Counted from the whole stretch's first letter, positions 37,416-51,573 are shown. The stretch is 63,774 nt of DNA, filler included, from Octopus bimaculoides (GCF_001194135.2; 7 parts of 6 records of this genome joined end to end with filler, not necessarily neighbours in it), one strand, 5' to 3'. Numbers and translations: made by a program. The notes: generated by a model from the sequence alone, not told the origin.

Positions 37416-37751
37416 TGTATCCCATCTTTTATACCAAGACAAAGCATGTACACGTTAACACCTCCGATCAGTTAATATCAGAAGCCATAAGAGTCACTAC
37501 CAGATATTGCATTGTGTATGCATGTTTGTATATATGTATGTACGTATGTATGTATGTATGTATGTATGTAAGTATGTATGTATGTATTTATGTATGTACG
37601 TACGTATGTATGTACGTATGTATGTATGTGTGTATGTATGTATGTATGTATGTGTGTATGTATGTATGTATGTATGTATGTATGTANNNNNNNNNNNNNN
37701 NNNNNNNNNNNNNNNNNNNNNNNNNNNNNNNNNNNNNNNNNNNNNNNNNNN

Positions 37752-37811
<60 letters not shown>

Positions 37812-37812
<1 letters not shown>

Positions 37813-39365
37813 AGTAGCGGCCATAATATGTGTCACTAAGAACAAGTGTATTGAAATATTTATTATAGAAGATTAACAAAACGTTGAGACTAGATATTTT
37901 ACATATACTTTGATATATCTAATATCTATCTTTCGTGAAACTTTTGAGGGAATGGAATAAATATTTCGTAAGTTATGAGAAAATAAACAAATAATCTTCC
38001 AAACTGCAACGGCCAAAAGTTAAGGGTCATTAAATGAGGGTCATTAAATGAAAAATAAGGATCATTAAATGAAAAACAAGGATCATTAAATGAAAAACAA
38101 TGAAAAATGGAACAAGAACAAAAAAGAAACTCTTACTATTAATATTTTGTGAACATCACTTACTATCAATGACCTTCTGACATCTGCTACCACAAGACTG
38201 AATTCATTTCTTGCAAAATGATGGAATAATATTGTTCCATTCGTTTTTTCAATAATCCCCAGAGTTCATCTTGGTTTTTGGGATTTCTCCTTCACGCTCC
38301 ATCTCCAATAATCTTCCAAACATTTTCTATAGGGTTGAGTTGGGTATTTTGAGGTGCCCAGGCCATGAAATTAACGCCTTCATCACTCAAAAACTCTTTA
38401 ACTCTTTGCAGTGTGACAGGGAGCGTTGTCCTGCACGAAGATAGGAGGTTGAACTGACGAGGATCGGAGATGAGGAAAGGCATGCCGTCTATGAATCTGT
38501 TTGTAAATTTCATCCCTTGTATGCAAATAAGTGAACCAGGACCAGCAGCAGAGATCACTCTCCATACCATTACACTGCCTCCTCCATATTTCACTGTCTT
38601 CTTCACACGTACACGAGATAACCTTTCGCCACTTCTTCGTCGGACGTACATCCCGCCATCGGAACCAATCACATTAAACTTCGATTCATCGCTAAAATGA
38701 ACCTACAACCACTATTCTCACTACTTCCGTGAGTGAAATGAAGACGGGCTCTTTGATTCTTCTTGAAGATCAGAGGTTTCTTTGCCGGTGCCCTAGTAAG
38801 CAACCCAGAACCTCGTAACCTCCGAGAAACTGTTTTGCGCCATACGTTTACATCGGAAATGGAGCTAAACTCGCGGGATATCTCAGTAGCTCTCTTAAAC
38901 CTATCCTTCAGTGACATTCTAATCATAATACAATCCTGTCTAGGTGAAGTTTTACGAGGTCTACCAGTTTTTAGATCCTGTTGACTTAAAACGAGCTATC
39001 ATTCGTTGCACAACACATCTGGCACACAATCCTTTGTTTTCCATTACAGGACACCGGTCGTCTTTCACAAGCCGCCATGTTGACAGTTGAATGTTCCAAT
39101 GATGTAATATCAAAAGAAGTAACTGTTAGTCCATTTACAGTCTTCTTAACCGGTTAATAGTTTATTTTTTCTAAGTGACCCTTAACATTTGGCCGCTCAT
39201 AACTTACAAAATATTTATTCTATTCACTTGGAATATTCACGAAAGATAGATATTAAATATATCTAAATATGTGTAAAATACCTAGTCTCAACGTGTTGCT
39301 AATCTTCTATAATAACTATTTCAATACACTAGTTCTTAATGACCCTTATATTATGGCCGCTACTG
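37812..39365 (-). mobile_element. Tc1-family DNA transposon, full length (1554 bp), long IR/DR-type TIRs
   Basis: TA|CAGTAGCGGCC...GGCCGCTACTG|TA; TIRs at 37812-38033 and 39171-39365. Confidence 0.9.
38139..39078 (-). pseudogene. Tc1 transposase, frameshifted
   Basis: RKTVSRRLRGSGLLTRAPAKKPL, TVKYGGGSVMVW, WAPQNTQLNPIENVW. Confidence 0.9.
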
Positions 39366-39440
39366 TATATGTATGAGTGTGTGTGTACACACAAACACGC
39401 GCGCACGCGCGCACACACACTCACATACACACCACACACA

Positions 39441-39495
<55 letters not shown>

Positions 39496-41369
39496 ACACA
39501 CACATGTATATATTATTCTTTTACAAGTTACAGCTCGAGTGGAGTACTGCCGTTAGTTTTACTACCCTTTCATTGCTTGAAACACCCTCTAATATGAAGC
39601 ATTTCACGAATGAGGAAGACTGGTGTTGCTTCTCTCATTTGCGTTTCCTGCTGCGAAGTAGGTCCAGCTTGACTGGAAGAAATCCAGTTTTGTTTTGAAG
39701 ACACCTACATCCACCCCATGAAGGTCTCTCAGGCTTTTTGAGACGACACTAAAGAGTTGCTGGCCCTTCAAACCGAGACATCTGGTCTTGTATCTTGCTA
39801 TAAGAATTTTGAAAATTCGTTTTTAACTGTGGAACTCAAAGCAGAATACGTTATAAATAATACCATCTAAATACTGGCTTCCAAAAACACTTTAGATAGA
39901 AAAACCCACATCTATAAACATGACAGATGTTCTATCATTGAACTAAAGCAATTCTTCGAAATTCTCGTCACTCTTATCTGTGAGAATATATACATTACAT
40001 AGAAAAATGCGAGCAAGAGGTATAATAGTCTGAAGATTATATACCTGGAAAATTACAAGTTATTATACTTGGAAAAGTTCAGGACAACTTATTACATCAG
40101 GTAAATTACAGAACAAGAAAATTTTTACTTAAAATATTGCAGCTAAGGATAAAATTCCAAATGAAATATTTAGATTTAGAAAATATTAGCTTTTATTAAA
40201 ACTAGAAATTTTATTACAAATTATTACTTCTATTTGTTATTACTTGTTACTTCTATTAAAATATGTCAAATGTGTCAATTAGCCGTTGATAAATTTTTCC
40301 TTACTGTAATGAAGCCTGTAACATATATTAAAAGTCCCCTTATAGAACTATATTCATAAAAAGTATAGAACTTATTATCACCCTCAAATTTGAGAAACAA
40401 ACACTCATAGCTTTTTTTCTTTTAAAACTTCATTGCATGAGATTGGTATCATGAAATTGAGCTCTATCATTTAAGCTTAATTAAAATATAGTTTGCTTTT
40501 AAACTAAAAAAAAGTTAATTATACTTAAATCCAATTTTTTGCCTACTTATACTTTTTTCATATTTTACTTCACAACGTTTTTGATACAAATTTTTGTTGC
40601 ATAGGACCAAAACTATGAAATTTTTCATGTTTTCTTCTATCATTGAACCTAAGATAAATACATTTTGCTTTTAAAATACAAAAAAGATCTAAACTTGATT
40701 GGTGGCGTTACTTACTCTCCCATAACGTTGCTTCAACTTTTGATGTAAACTTTTTTCTACTGGACCAAATCTCAATTCTTTTATGCCACAATTTATCTAG
40801 GAACCAGTCCTCTTCAAAAAGGCTAACCGTTTTCAATTTGGCTAAGAACTGAATTAGTGACAAGCTCTGAAAGATTCTGCGTGTGAGTAAATTGCAGCCT
40901 TAAGAATATTATTCAACTACTACCGTAGTTGAATGATATACAACGCGTGTAGAGGAAAAGGAAAATGCAAACAAAGGGAAGAAAGATAATTTAGCGAATG
41001 TAAATAAAAGACAAAGAAAATCTTAAAGTGCAGATATGAAAGAGGTGCGTAAGTTTGAAGTATGAAGAATGAAAAATGGAAACAAATCTGAGAGATTTGG
41101 ACGATATTCAGTTATTAAATAAGAAAAGTTAACAACATATAATCATACGACATAAAAGGGAATGTAAGAAAAATATTATACAGTTATGAGTAACAAATAT
41201 ATTTATGGACAACAATTACGTCTACACACACACACACACGCACACACGTTTTTATATGTGTGTGTATAGATATATATGTATATCTATATATATGCACATA
41301 CATACATACATACATACATACAAGATGGCTGCAACTCGATTTCGAGGAATGTTATCGCTTAATTGTTCT

Positions 41370-43100
41370 CTTAAACATGAGCAGCTAAAATAGCTTTCCA
41401 GCCCTGCTAGAGACTTACACTCTTTTGTACAAATATGGCGACGATGGGCGCCTCTTGCAATTGGTGCTGCAGTATTATTGTTTTGGTGAACAATCATAGG
41501 ATATGTCAGTCTGCCTCCAGACGCACATCCTTTTCCACAGTCTCTGTAAGTACAGAGGCCGTATAACTCTTGTGATGACTTCTAAAGCCTGCCTTACTTT
41601 CGTTCGAATTCTCTCCTCCCATCGAACACTGGTTTCCTCCACGATGGACGATCTCGAGCGAGGTTTTACTCATCCAGTTTCCAAGATTTTGATCATCTCT
41701 TCTGTATTCTTGATGCAGTTCTTATACTTTAATTTTATTATGTGCGCTGGTCTTTTTACCGTAGGCTAACACACCATAAAGAAATTGCTTAGGGATCCGA
41801 TCATCTTCTATCCTAACAACGTAGTCACTTAACCGTAATCGTTGCTGAAGTACTAAAGACACTACACTAGCAGACAGACTGCTTTCGAGGGCTTCAACAT
41901 CACTTATATTTTTCATCGAATACCCAGTATACGGCACAAATTATTGATGAAATTATCTCAGCCTTTTCATATTTCCGATTAGTAAACTTGGGTTTCTGAT
42001 GCATATAACAATGAAGACAAAACACAAGTATTGTAGACCTCCAGCTTTGTCACAATTGAAATTCTATGCTGAGATCATAAATGTCAATCCAATTTTCTGA
42101 ATGTATCACCGACTTTCTTGATTGGGAGGATTTCATCATCAAGAGTATTTACTGCCTAATTCTACGAATTTATCCCCATCCTTCAATTTTTGTCCAGCCA
42201 TATAAACGTTTGGCTCAGAGCAGGCTTTATCGAGGACATGTTGGTACATTACAACTGACTTTTACAGGCTGGTTGTTAGACCCAAGCACTGCATACTGTT
42301 GTGAAGGGGTCCATAAAATACTGCATGTTACTCTGGGACTCAGTCGTCAGCTTACAGGAAATCGCGTATTAGTATTGAGAACAACTTTGTCTTGGCAGCA
42401 GACCGTCTTATATTCAATATCTAACCCTTTGTTCTGTATCTGATGTACACCCCAAGTAAGCAATCCTCGAAAGCCGCCAAGAAAACCATAATAAGATGCA
42501 ATATGAACGAAGTTAGTGCTAGTGTATCCCTTTCCTTAGCACCAGTTTCAACCAAAATTGGATCATTGACCTTACCACCTACGTTGACAGATACAGTTTA
42601 AAAGCTGGTACATCTTCCATTCCCAGAATAGAGCCATCAGGATCTTCCAAATAAATAACACTGCATATCTTTCATGCCTTCACTTCAGGAATAGAGCCTC
42701 ACTTCTTTGAGCTCTCACTAATATTTCATCTACTTCATTGAAACAACCTTTTCTTTGTGTAACAGCGTTGGATTGCCGGGGGCTCTGCTGTTAGTTTGAT
42801 GTTATATGACGATTGTTATTGGGCGCAACATACCAAACGACAGAGAAAAATGTTGCCTACAGTAGCAACACGGTTTCCTCTATTCCTTGTTCTGAATAAT
42901 TTCAGAATCCAGTCAGCTATCTTAGTAATATACAAACGGAATGGTATATTGTTCGTCATGTACATTTTCAGATTGTACATCGATTACGACTCTGAAATTG
43001 CTATAACCCTTAGTTTTGTGCATTCTGGTTACAATCTGCTTGGCTGATAGCAGAGTGCTTTTTCAACATTGAACTGCATATCGTTTTCTTGAGTTTATAT
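41370..43100 (-). mobile_element. RTE/BovB-like LINE: RT and 3' part, heavily decayed
   Basis: GVHIRYRTKG..LIRDFL*ADD (YADD remnant near 42345), DYVVRIEDDRIPKQFLYGVL, HICTKECKSLAGL. Confidence 0.75.
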
Positions 43101-43329
43101 TTCACTGTCGGCTGGTGCACAGGTACGATTATAGGTTGATCCAAAAGTACAATGGTAAAATAATACTCCTAAAATTATCAGATGAAAGTTAGTAAACCTT
43201 TCATATCTCACTACCTTATCGGATTAACTCTTTAAGCTGACAAAGTTTCATATTGCAGCTAACATGAATTATGTCAAGTTTCTTACATCTTTACACCAAA
43301 GAAGTGAAACAAATTATTACTCCATCATT

Positions 43330-43555
43330 AATATTAATGCGTTTATTTACATAATTTAACTTTGTTATTTCGACACTTTTCAAGTCAATTAATAAAACTT
43401 AGCCTACATCAGGGTGCTTAAATTACGGTTTATGACATAGAGTATATAACCCACTTACTGAAATGTTTTCATTCAAACCACTTGTGGACCTCAGGGTTTA
43501 ATGAGAATCTTCTAAAACTGCAATAATTGCATTATGATATAACATCAAAGAAATA
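43330..43555. mobile_element. Unclassified interspersed repeat, copy 2
   Basis: Homologous to 33635-33870. Confidence 0.65.
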
Positions 43556-43939
43556 ATAAAAACTGATAATTAACCGGCTAAATTAGTCTCCTTTATAAAT
43601 GAGCGCCATAAATTGTCTCATTTGTTCTCTACTATATATATACACATACACACATATGCATATATTATACATGTGTGCGTATATATTTATATATATACAT
43701 CCGTGTTTGTGTGTACATACACATATTTACTCATATATGTATACATATATGCATGCATATATGTGTGTGTGTGATCTGTGAGTGTGTCAGATACATGTTG
43801 GATATGCATAAAAGGCGACAACGCCCAATGCTGGGTTGGTAGAGCTTAACATACCTATACATACACAGACACACGCAGAAGTACACACAGCTATCAACAT
43901 AAATGTGTATATGTATGTTCGCGGTTGTGCGTGTATGTG

Positions 43940-44057
<118 letters not shown>

Positions 44058-44869
44058 CGTGCGTGTGCAAATAAGAATAAAACAAAGGAGCTGCTTGTTT
44101 CTAAAAAGAATTATTTGATTTCGTTGGCAGCTGATACTTCAGAATATGATACTCCGAGTCTCTCATTTCTGATCTTCGGTCAATCTCGAAACACAAGAAA
44201 GATATGAAAGATAACATTGAAGATATTTGAATATCTCCATAGGGTTTAACTTGATGAAAATGAAATAAAAGTGTATTATTGTTACACTGGATACAAATTA
44301 AACGAAAAAAAAACTGTGTTGAAAAGTGTTACCAATTAGAGAAGAGAAAGAAGAAGGAAAGGAAAAGAATAAAGGAACCAAAAACATCGCTAGTGTATAT
44401 GTGTATAGATGTATTTACATATATTTGTCTACATGTATCTGGGAAAATAGAAGTCTTAAAAGAAATTCCTGCGCATCGTTACAATGGACATTGTGTGTGT
44501 TTATGTGTGTGTGTATGTATACTTTATGTGTGTGAGCAACGAGTGTGTGCGCGCACGCGCTGTATGTGTGCGCACGCACAGTATGTGTGTGCACGCACAG
44601 TAAGTGAGCATGTATGTGTGTGTGTGAGTGCGCACGCGCCGTGTATGTTTGTTCATAAAAATATGTAAAAGAGCAATTAGGAAAGCAAATAAACAAATGA
44701 AATATAAGTACATACTTATGAATGGATGTGCGTACGTAAACTGGAATTTATTCTGTATGTATGTGTGTGTGTGTGTGTGTNNNNNNNNNNNNNNNNNNNN
44801 NNNNNNNNNNNNNNNNNNNNNNNNNNNNNNNNNNNNNNNNNNNNNNNNNNNNNNNNNNNNNTGCACACA

Positions 44870-45625
44870 CCAGACCGTAGTCTGTCCAGCATTCCGATCC
44901 ACGAAAGAATTTGACATTACAAATGTCATAGATGTCACGCTTGCGGATGATAACATAATCCAGCATGTGGCAACTTTAGACCTTGGATACATCCATGTTT
45001 TTGTGTGATCGCTTTTGAGCATAAAATGAGTGCTTACGATGTAAAGTCCATGTTCATCGCACAGCTCCAGCAGCATAAGACCATTGCTATTCATTTTCCC
45101 TACACCAAGAGGTCCTAGAGAGTTCCATGTTAGCCTGTCTGTTCCAACCCTGGCATTGAAATCCCCCAGTAGAATGACTTTATCAGAATTAGGAATTTTC
45201 CTAAGTATGGCTCTCAGCTGGGTATAAAAAATAGTTTTATCCTCATCACACCTATTCAAAGTAGGCGCATAGGCACTCATTAGAGTAGCAAACCGGCCAC
45301 CTTTCAGGTGGACTCGTAGAGTCATTAGACGTTCATTTATAGGAACAGGAAGCTCCTCCAACTTCTTAAGGATATCAGATCGAACTACAAAGCCAACAGC
45401 AGCCTCTCTGCACTCCTCCTTTTGCCTCCCCTTCCAAAAAAATGTGTATCCACCTCCTACTTTCTCAAGCTGACCATCACTTTCTATACGAGTCTCTGAA
45501 AGTGCAGCTATATCAATGTTATAGCGGTTCAGCTCGCGGGCAACAAGTGCAGTGCGTCTTTGAGTCCTACAGTCACTCTTGTTATCCAACAGAGTACGCA
45601 CACTCCAACATGAAATATTCAACTT
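44870..45625 (-). pseudogene. AP-endonuclease domain of the RTE/BovB-like LINE
   Basis: WKLNISCWSVRTLLD, IDIAALSETR, GYTFFWKG, SAYAPTL, KVILLGDFNARVG, LDYVIIRKRD. Confidence 0.9.
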
Positions 45626-46323
45626 CCATCCAGATTTTGTAAAAAAATAGTCTCTTTGATTTTCGAGGACTTCCGAATAAAAAAAAAATAAATATTTACT
45701 AAAAATAAATAAATATATACTAAAAAATAAAGATACATATGTACTGAAAATAAGACAAATATATATAGGGGAGAAAGACAGCACATATCGTGCAGAAGTC
45801 AGCAATGCCTGTACAGAGTTTCAAGTCCAATAAGGCTTGCATGACACCTCATAGACCCCCTCCACTTTATTGACACTATCCAGAGACAAGCAGAGCGAAA
45901 TGTCTGGTGCCAATATGAGTCGCAGGCTCAGGGATGTGGGAGTTCCATGATGTCTAGCACAAACCAAAGATCTCAAAATGTCCAATGCCATTCCCTGCAT
46001 ATCTGGTTTTATATCAGAGTGATCTTTTTCTAGAGACATGCTTCAACAGAAGCTGAGAGGTGCCTCACTCCCAGTGGTCTTCTAGCACGCAGAACACCAC
46101 CCCGGAATTTCTGCGTACCCGTGCTACTGCTAGATAGCCGTTAACATTGCACTAAGTTCATCCAACCGTTCAGCAGGTCTTGTTTTTATCTTGGTGGGTT
46201 TCTAGCAGCCCTCCTCACCAGGGTAGCCTGGTGGGGTGCCGGTTTAGTCGCCGACAACCTGACCGTGCAACAGGTTATACTGGATTCCATGTTACCAGCA
46301 GCAACTGTGAGCGCCTCATAAGC

Positions 46324-46325
<2 letters not shown>
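45625..46325 (-). mobile_element. Probable 5' UTR of the RTE/BovB-like LINE
   Basis: GC-richer non-coding stretch directly upstream of the endonuclease domain. Confidence 0.45.
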
Positions 46326-46388
<63 letters not shown>

Positions 46389-46979
46389 NNNNNNNNNNNN
46401 NNNNNNNNNNNNNNNNNNNNNNNNNNNNNNNNNNNNNNNNNNNNNNNNNNNNNNNNNNNNNNNNNNNNNNNNNNNNNNNNNNNNNNNNNNNNNNNNNNNN
46501 NNNNNNNNNNNNNNNNNNNNNNNNNNNNNNNNNNNNNNNNNNNNNNNNNNNNNNNNNNNNNNNNNNNNNNNNNNNNNNNNNNNNNNNNNNNNNNNNNNNN
46601 NNNNNNNNNNNNNNNNNNNNNNNNNNNNNNNNNNNNNNNNNNNNNNNNNNNNNNNNNNNNNNNNNNNNNNNNNNNNNNNNNNNNNNNNNNNNNNNNNNNN
46701 NNNNNNNNNNNNNNNNNNNNNNNNNNNNNNNNNNNNNNNNNNNNNNNNNNNNNNNNNNNNNNNNNNNNNNNNNNNNNNNNNNNNNNNNNNNNNNNNNNNN
46801 NNNNNNNNNNNNNNNNNNNNNNNNNNNNNNNNNNNNNNNNNNNNNNNNNNNNNNNNNNNNNNNNNNNNNNNNNNNNNNNNNNNNNNNNNNNNNNNNNNNN
46901 NNNNNNNNNNNNNNNNNNNNNNNNNNNNNNNNNNNNNNNNNNNNNNNNNNNNNNNNNNNNNNNNNNNNNNNNNNNNNNA

Positions 46980-47210
46980 TGCATACCAGTCTCCCCTCTC
47001 CACGCCACTAGTGTTATCCAAGGGAAAGGCAAAGGCCGATACAGCTTGGCACCTGTGATGTCGCAACTCATTTCTACAGCTGAGTGAACTGGAGCAACGT
47101 GAAATAAAGTGTCTTGCTCAAGAGCACAACACGCAACCCGGTCCGGAATTCGAACTCACAACCTCACGATCGTAAGCTCGATGCTCTAACCACTGAGCCA
47201 TGTGCCTTCA
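46980..47210 (-). mobile_element. SINE family C variant, tRNA-Arg(ACG)-like head
   Basis: TGGCTCAGTGGTTAGAGCATCGAGCTTACGATCGTGAGGTTGTGAGTTCGAATTCC on the minus strand. Confidence 0.8.
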
Positions 47211-47274
47211 CATATATACAACAAAAATGTTTGGTACTCCTCTGTCAAGTTTTTAAGACAAAAAACAATATATA

Positions 47275-47314
<40 letters not shown>

Positions 47315-47315
<1 letters not shown>

Positions 47316-47525
47316 GTGAATTTGAATATGACCCGGAAGAAGGAATCACCTTGGAAGCATATTACTAAAGATTTGAACAAATTTTCGAAAAAGAATACCA
47401 AATCTGGAAGGACGAAATGAACACGTGTCTGATTCTGAGGACACTGGCGACGATAGAGCATGAGAAATACTGAAACTTTATATTGCCTAAAAAAGTTTCT
47501 GACATAAATTTCACAGACACAATTG
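47315..47525 (+). mobile_element. Ty3/gypsy gag fragment
   Basis: SEFEYDPEEGITLEAYY*RFEQIFE..LILRTLATIEHEKY*NFILPKK resembles the N-terminus of K02A2.6/Mag-type gag (from memory). Confidence 0.6.
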
Positions 47526-50500
47526 ACTTTTGGGAATAGTTCCCAATGCATCTATAACTACTGGGATAAATTTTACCCACACTTTCCATAGTCTCTGTAA
47601 TTCAATGACTAGATCCTGATACTTCACTATTTTTTCTACACCTCTCATGTTGGCTTTTTCATCATTAGTGACTGTAAAGTCAATTATCTGGTATTTTTCA
47701 TTGTCTTTATCTACTACTACTAAATCAGGCTTTCTAACTTCTATTACTCTGTCAGTCTGAATGCTAAAGTCCCACAACATCTTGCATTTCGTACTTTCTA
47801 GTACTTTACTAGGCTTATGTTCATACCATTTTTCAGTATGTTAAAATCCTAGCTTTCTAGGATTACTCTCCCTAGTTGTTATGTCTTTTCTTGTATTCTT
47901 TCTGCCCCAGCATGCTACATTTACTTACGCTTTCCTCTTCTAATTTGCATAACATACATAGGGAATTTACTTGGTGTTTTGCCTATCTTCGTGTTAATCC
48001 AATTAGTCTTTAATGCTTGATGTTGTGCTACTCTCCCTTTCCAGCTTTCCTGTCTGCAATCATAACCATATCTCACTACTACGATTTGCTGCAACTATTT
48101 TTGGTAATCTACCATGCAACGCCTTCTCCTGCCAGTTAGATAATTTCTGTTCTATTTTCTATTTTTCAACCTCGTTTGGGTTTTTGGTTTCCCTATATCT
48201 TTCTGTGACTCTCGCTGATTTTAATAAACTTTCTCCACTATTACCTACATAGGAGTTTATATCTACTCTAGCTAACTTCACGCAGTCTTCTACTGATATT
48301 AATCCTCTTTTACCTTCCTTTTTAATCTTGCTTCTCCTGATATTGGGTGGAGTCCTCCATTCATATTGAATTTCTTCCCAGTTCTTCTGTCTAGCTAATT
48401 CAATTTTTAACTGCTAATTCAGTTTTTGTCCAATTTACAAAAGATGCTGAGTATCTAAGTAATGATACTATCCAAGTATTTACAGCCTTCACTAGATCCG
48501 GGTCATTCAGCTTTGACTTAGCTTCCTCACCTTTCTGATGTACTCCTTCTGAATTTTCGTTTTCATTTCTATAGTTAGTACTCTATCAGATTCTAATACT
48601 CCCAGCCGTTTATAACTCTCTCCTCCTTTTAATGATTTTAATGTCTGGCCATCTGGTAATTGGGCCAAATTGCAAACCTGTATCTTTGGTGAAGAGTTTC
48701 AGTCTGTATCAAAGGATCTATCACTTTTTCATTCTTACTAAAAAGCTTCAGATCGTCCATGCAGAGCAAATCGTTAATTTTTTTCCTTTACTATTTCTGA
48801 ACTGATACCCTACCCTTGCCCCCATTAATACTAAACTGAGTGGGATCAAACATAAGACAAATATTAAGTGGGACAACGAGCCACCCTGAAAAATTCCTCT
48901 TTGATATTATCATTCCCTAAGATTGTGTCATCTGAGTATAGATCTAAAGCTAATTAATTCTTTTACGTTGTCTGCTATACTGAATATACTCAAACATTAG
49001 CTTATCCATGAGTGTGGGATCATGTCATAGGCTTTCTTATAATCTACCCATGCTATTGTTAGATTTTTCTTTCTTCCTTTTACTTCATTTAGAACTGCTT
49101 TGTCTAAGTATAATAGGTCATGCGTTCCTCCAGCCTTCTTCCTGCAACCTTTCTGTTCTTTTGGCAGTAAATTCTGATTGTCAAGGGGCTCGTAAATGCT
49201 TCCTGAAAGCATTCCTGTTAACAGTTTCCACACTAATGGTAAGCAAGTGATTGATCGATAGTTGCTAACTATGTTACCCTTGCTCTTATCGTTCATAATG
49301 AGTATTGTCCCCCCTCTAGTCATCCAGTTAGGTATTATTCTTCCGTTAAGGCAATCTTGAAGTTGTTCCCTCAGCCTCTCATGTAAACTACTAAATTTCT
49401 TTAGCCAGTACTCTTGAAATAAATCTGGTAATGGGCCCTTCCAATTCGATATTTTCCCTACTCATTAATGCACTAGTTCATCTTAGATCTGGTTGCTTCT
49501 CACTCACTGTATCTTCCCTCACTTTCTTTAACCATACTGTATCTCCATTATGATTGACTGGCTTATCCCAAATATTACTCCAGAACTTTGTAGCTTCTTC
49601 TGCATTAGGTTTCCCATCTTCAGTACTTCTTTCTCCACTATTTATTTACTTATAAAATCTCTTCTGATCTGTCTCAAATAATCTATTCTGTTGATATTGA
49701 TCTATTCTTTTCTGATATCTGGAGAGCTTGCCTGCTATCGCTGTGATACGCTGTTTCAACTCTTCTATTACTGTCTCAAATCCTTTCTCTTTGACTAAGT
49801 ATTTTTTCTCATAGGAAGATTCGCATATTGTGTTTCCTAACTTGTTTAGTTTTCAGGCTTCTATTCTACTCAGATCTTGTCTTAAAGTCTTCACTTTATT
49901 TTGTAGTCTCCTTTTCCACATTTGCTCGTTTTTAATCTTTTCCTGCGAGATATCTAATCTTCTGGTGACTACTACCCCTCCAGCATAGATTAATAAGTTA
50001 GTGTCTCTTGTATGTTTAGTATATATCCCACTGATAATAGAGTCTACTTTCCAAGTCTAATCTAGCTGCTTCCTTCTGTTGGTGCCTTTTAATGTTGGCG
50101 AACTTTTTCTTACTTCTATTGTCATTACTTTCAGCAACTCATCTAAAATCTGATTTTCCTCACTTTAATCACTTAAATCGCTGGTACCACTTGTCTCTTC
50201 CTTATTGATAGCGCTATTATTATTTTTACCTTTAGGATCATCTTTGGTTTGAACTGTATCTCTTATATTGTTGTTTGTCTTTCCTACTGCCTGGTCTTTC
50301 TTCTCTAGTTCTTTTGTGATCTCTTCTACCTCCACTTCTCTCATCACTTTCTTCTCCTAGTAGCAGTAGCTTGATCTACAAATCTCTACTTAACCACTTT
50401 AAACATACCCTTCTCTACTCAAAGTGTTAACATCCGTTTTCTATAGCCCCTTCATTTTCTAAGTAGCACTGCATCACTATCCTGTTTTCTTCGCTGGTCC

Positions 50501-50800
50501 ACTTCCTCTTCCTTATTTTATCTGCTGATGCTGCATTAGGACAACAGCTGTGGTCAGTTAACATCTTTACTGAATCACTGCCGAGCGAGAGGCCTTCTCT
50601 TAAAAGTCGAGCTTCATTTTCGTTGTTACACCAGAGTTTCTTCGGAAACTCCTGTCTCTCATAAACTGAGGTATGGTAACGTTCGTCACCAACGTCATCA
50701 CTACAATTATTTTCGACATCTCGTAGTTTCAAGCAATTTTCTATTGCATCATTTGTAGCACCTTTGTGCTGGTAGAGTGTTATGTGCTGCATTTTTTGGT
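47512..50800 (-). mobile_element. R4/Dong-like element, near full length, 3' end lost
   Basis: KRKWTSEENRIVMQCY (N-terminal motif); NYRSITCLPLVWKLLTG and [15 protein letters not shown] (RT); WDFSIQTDRVIEVRKPDLVVVDK (REL). Confidence 0.9.
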
Positions 50801-50959
50801 GGTGGTGGTGGTGGTGGAGAATAGTGTATTGTGTTAATGTTTCTTTCGTAGTTAAAATTATTATTGATATATCAGCAAAAGACCGAAAAGAAACAGCTAT
50901 GTACATATATAGAGAGAGAGGTCTTGTATAAATATGGATGTATAAGTAATTAAAATTTT

Positions 50960-51250
50960 AAATTTTGAATTTTACTTTCAGGTTTACAGTTTTCGTATAG
51001 AAATATTGCAGTGTTTACTTTTTACGCACATGTTGCTGGGGCCGTGCATCTAGGGAAAGCTATTTCTTGTATATATATACTCTATACAAGAAAATTCTTT
51101 CAGTTTCCTGAGATGGCTTATTATGGTCATAGGGTATGCTCATGTCAATCAATAAACAGGCTTTATTCTTTTGGTCTTTCACAACATCTGGTTTATTCGC
51201 TTTGATGGTCCGGTCAGTACACACTGGAAAGTCCGAAAGAATCGTTACAT
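50960..51250 (-). mobile_element. R4/Dong-like REL fragment
   Basis: VTILSDFPVCTDRTIKANKPDVVKDQKNKACLLIDMSIP. Confidence 0.65.
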
Positions 51251-51379
51251 TTTATTATTACGAAACAAAAACAAAACCTACAACTGTACTCCAAAACGCT
51301 TGTCCAATGGTTAATCTGGAAGCACGTCCCCAAGAGAGAGCCATCCTGCGGCCAGAAAGTCATCTACTGGCACAGACTC

Positions 51380-51572
51380 TTCTCTGAATACGAGCCTGAA
51401 TTGTCACTTGAATGGGAACTGCCCCAACTCGAGCCCTCCAAGTTCACCAACGCACCCACCACAGAGAGAAAATGTAAGAGGTTCAAATGGACCCGAGAAA
51501 AGTATACAGAAGTAATATACGCCTATTACTATGCGTTAGGTAGGCTATCTGAAGAGAAATATACTGAACACT
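51380..51572 (+). mobile_element. R4/Dong-like N-terminal fragment, opposite orientation
   Basis: KRFKWTREKYTEVIYAYYYALG parallels the KRKWTSEEN motif. Confidence 0.55.
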
Positions 51573-51573
51573 C

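Noticed and set aside
44501-45805. 434-aa ORF as a host gene
   Set aside because: It is a LINE endonuclease remnant read through a gap and microsatellites.
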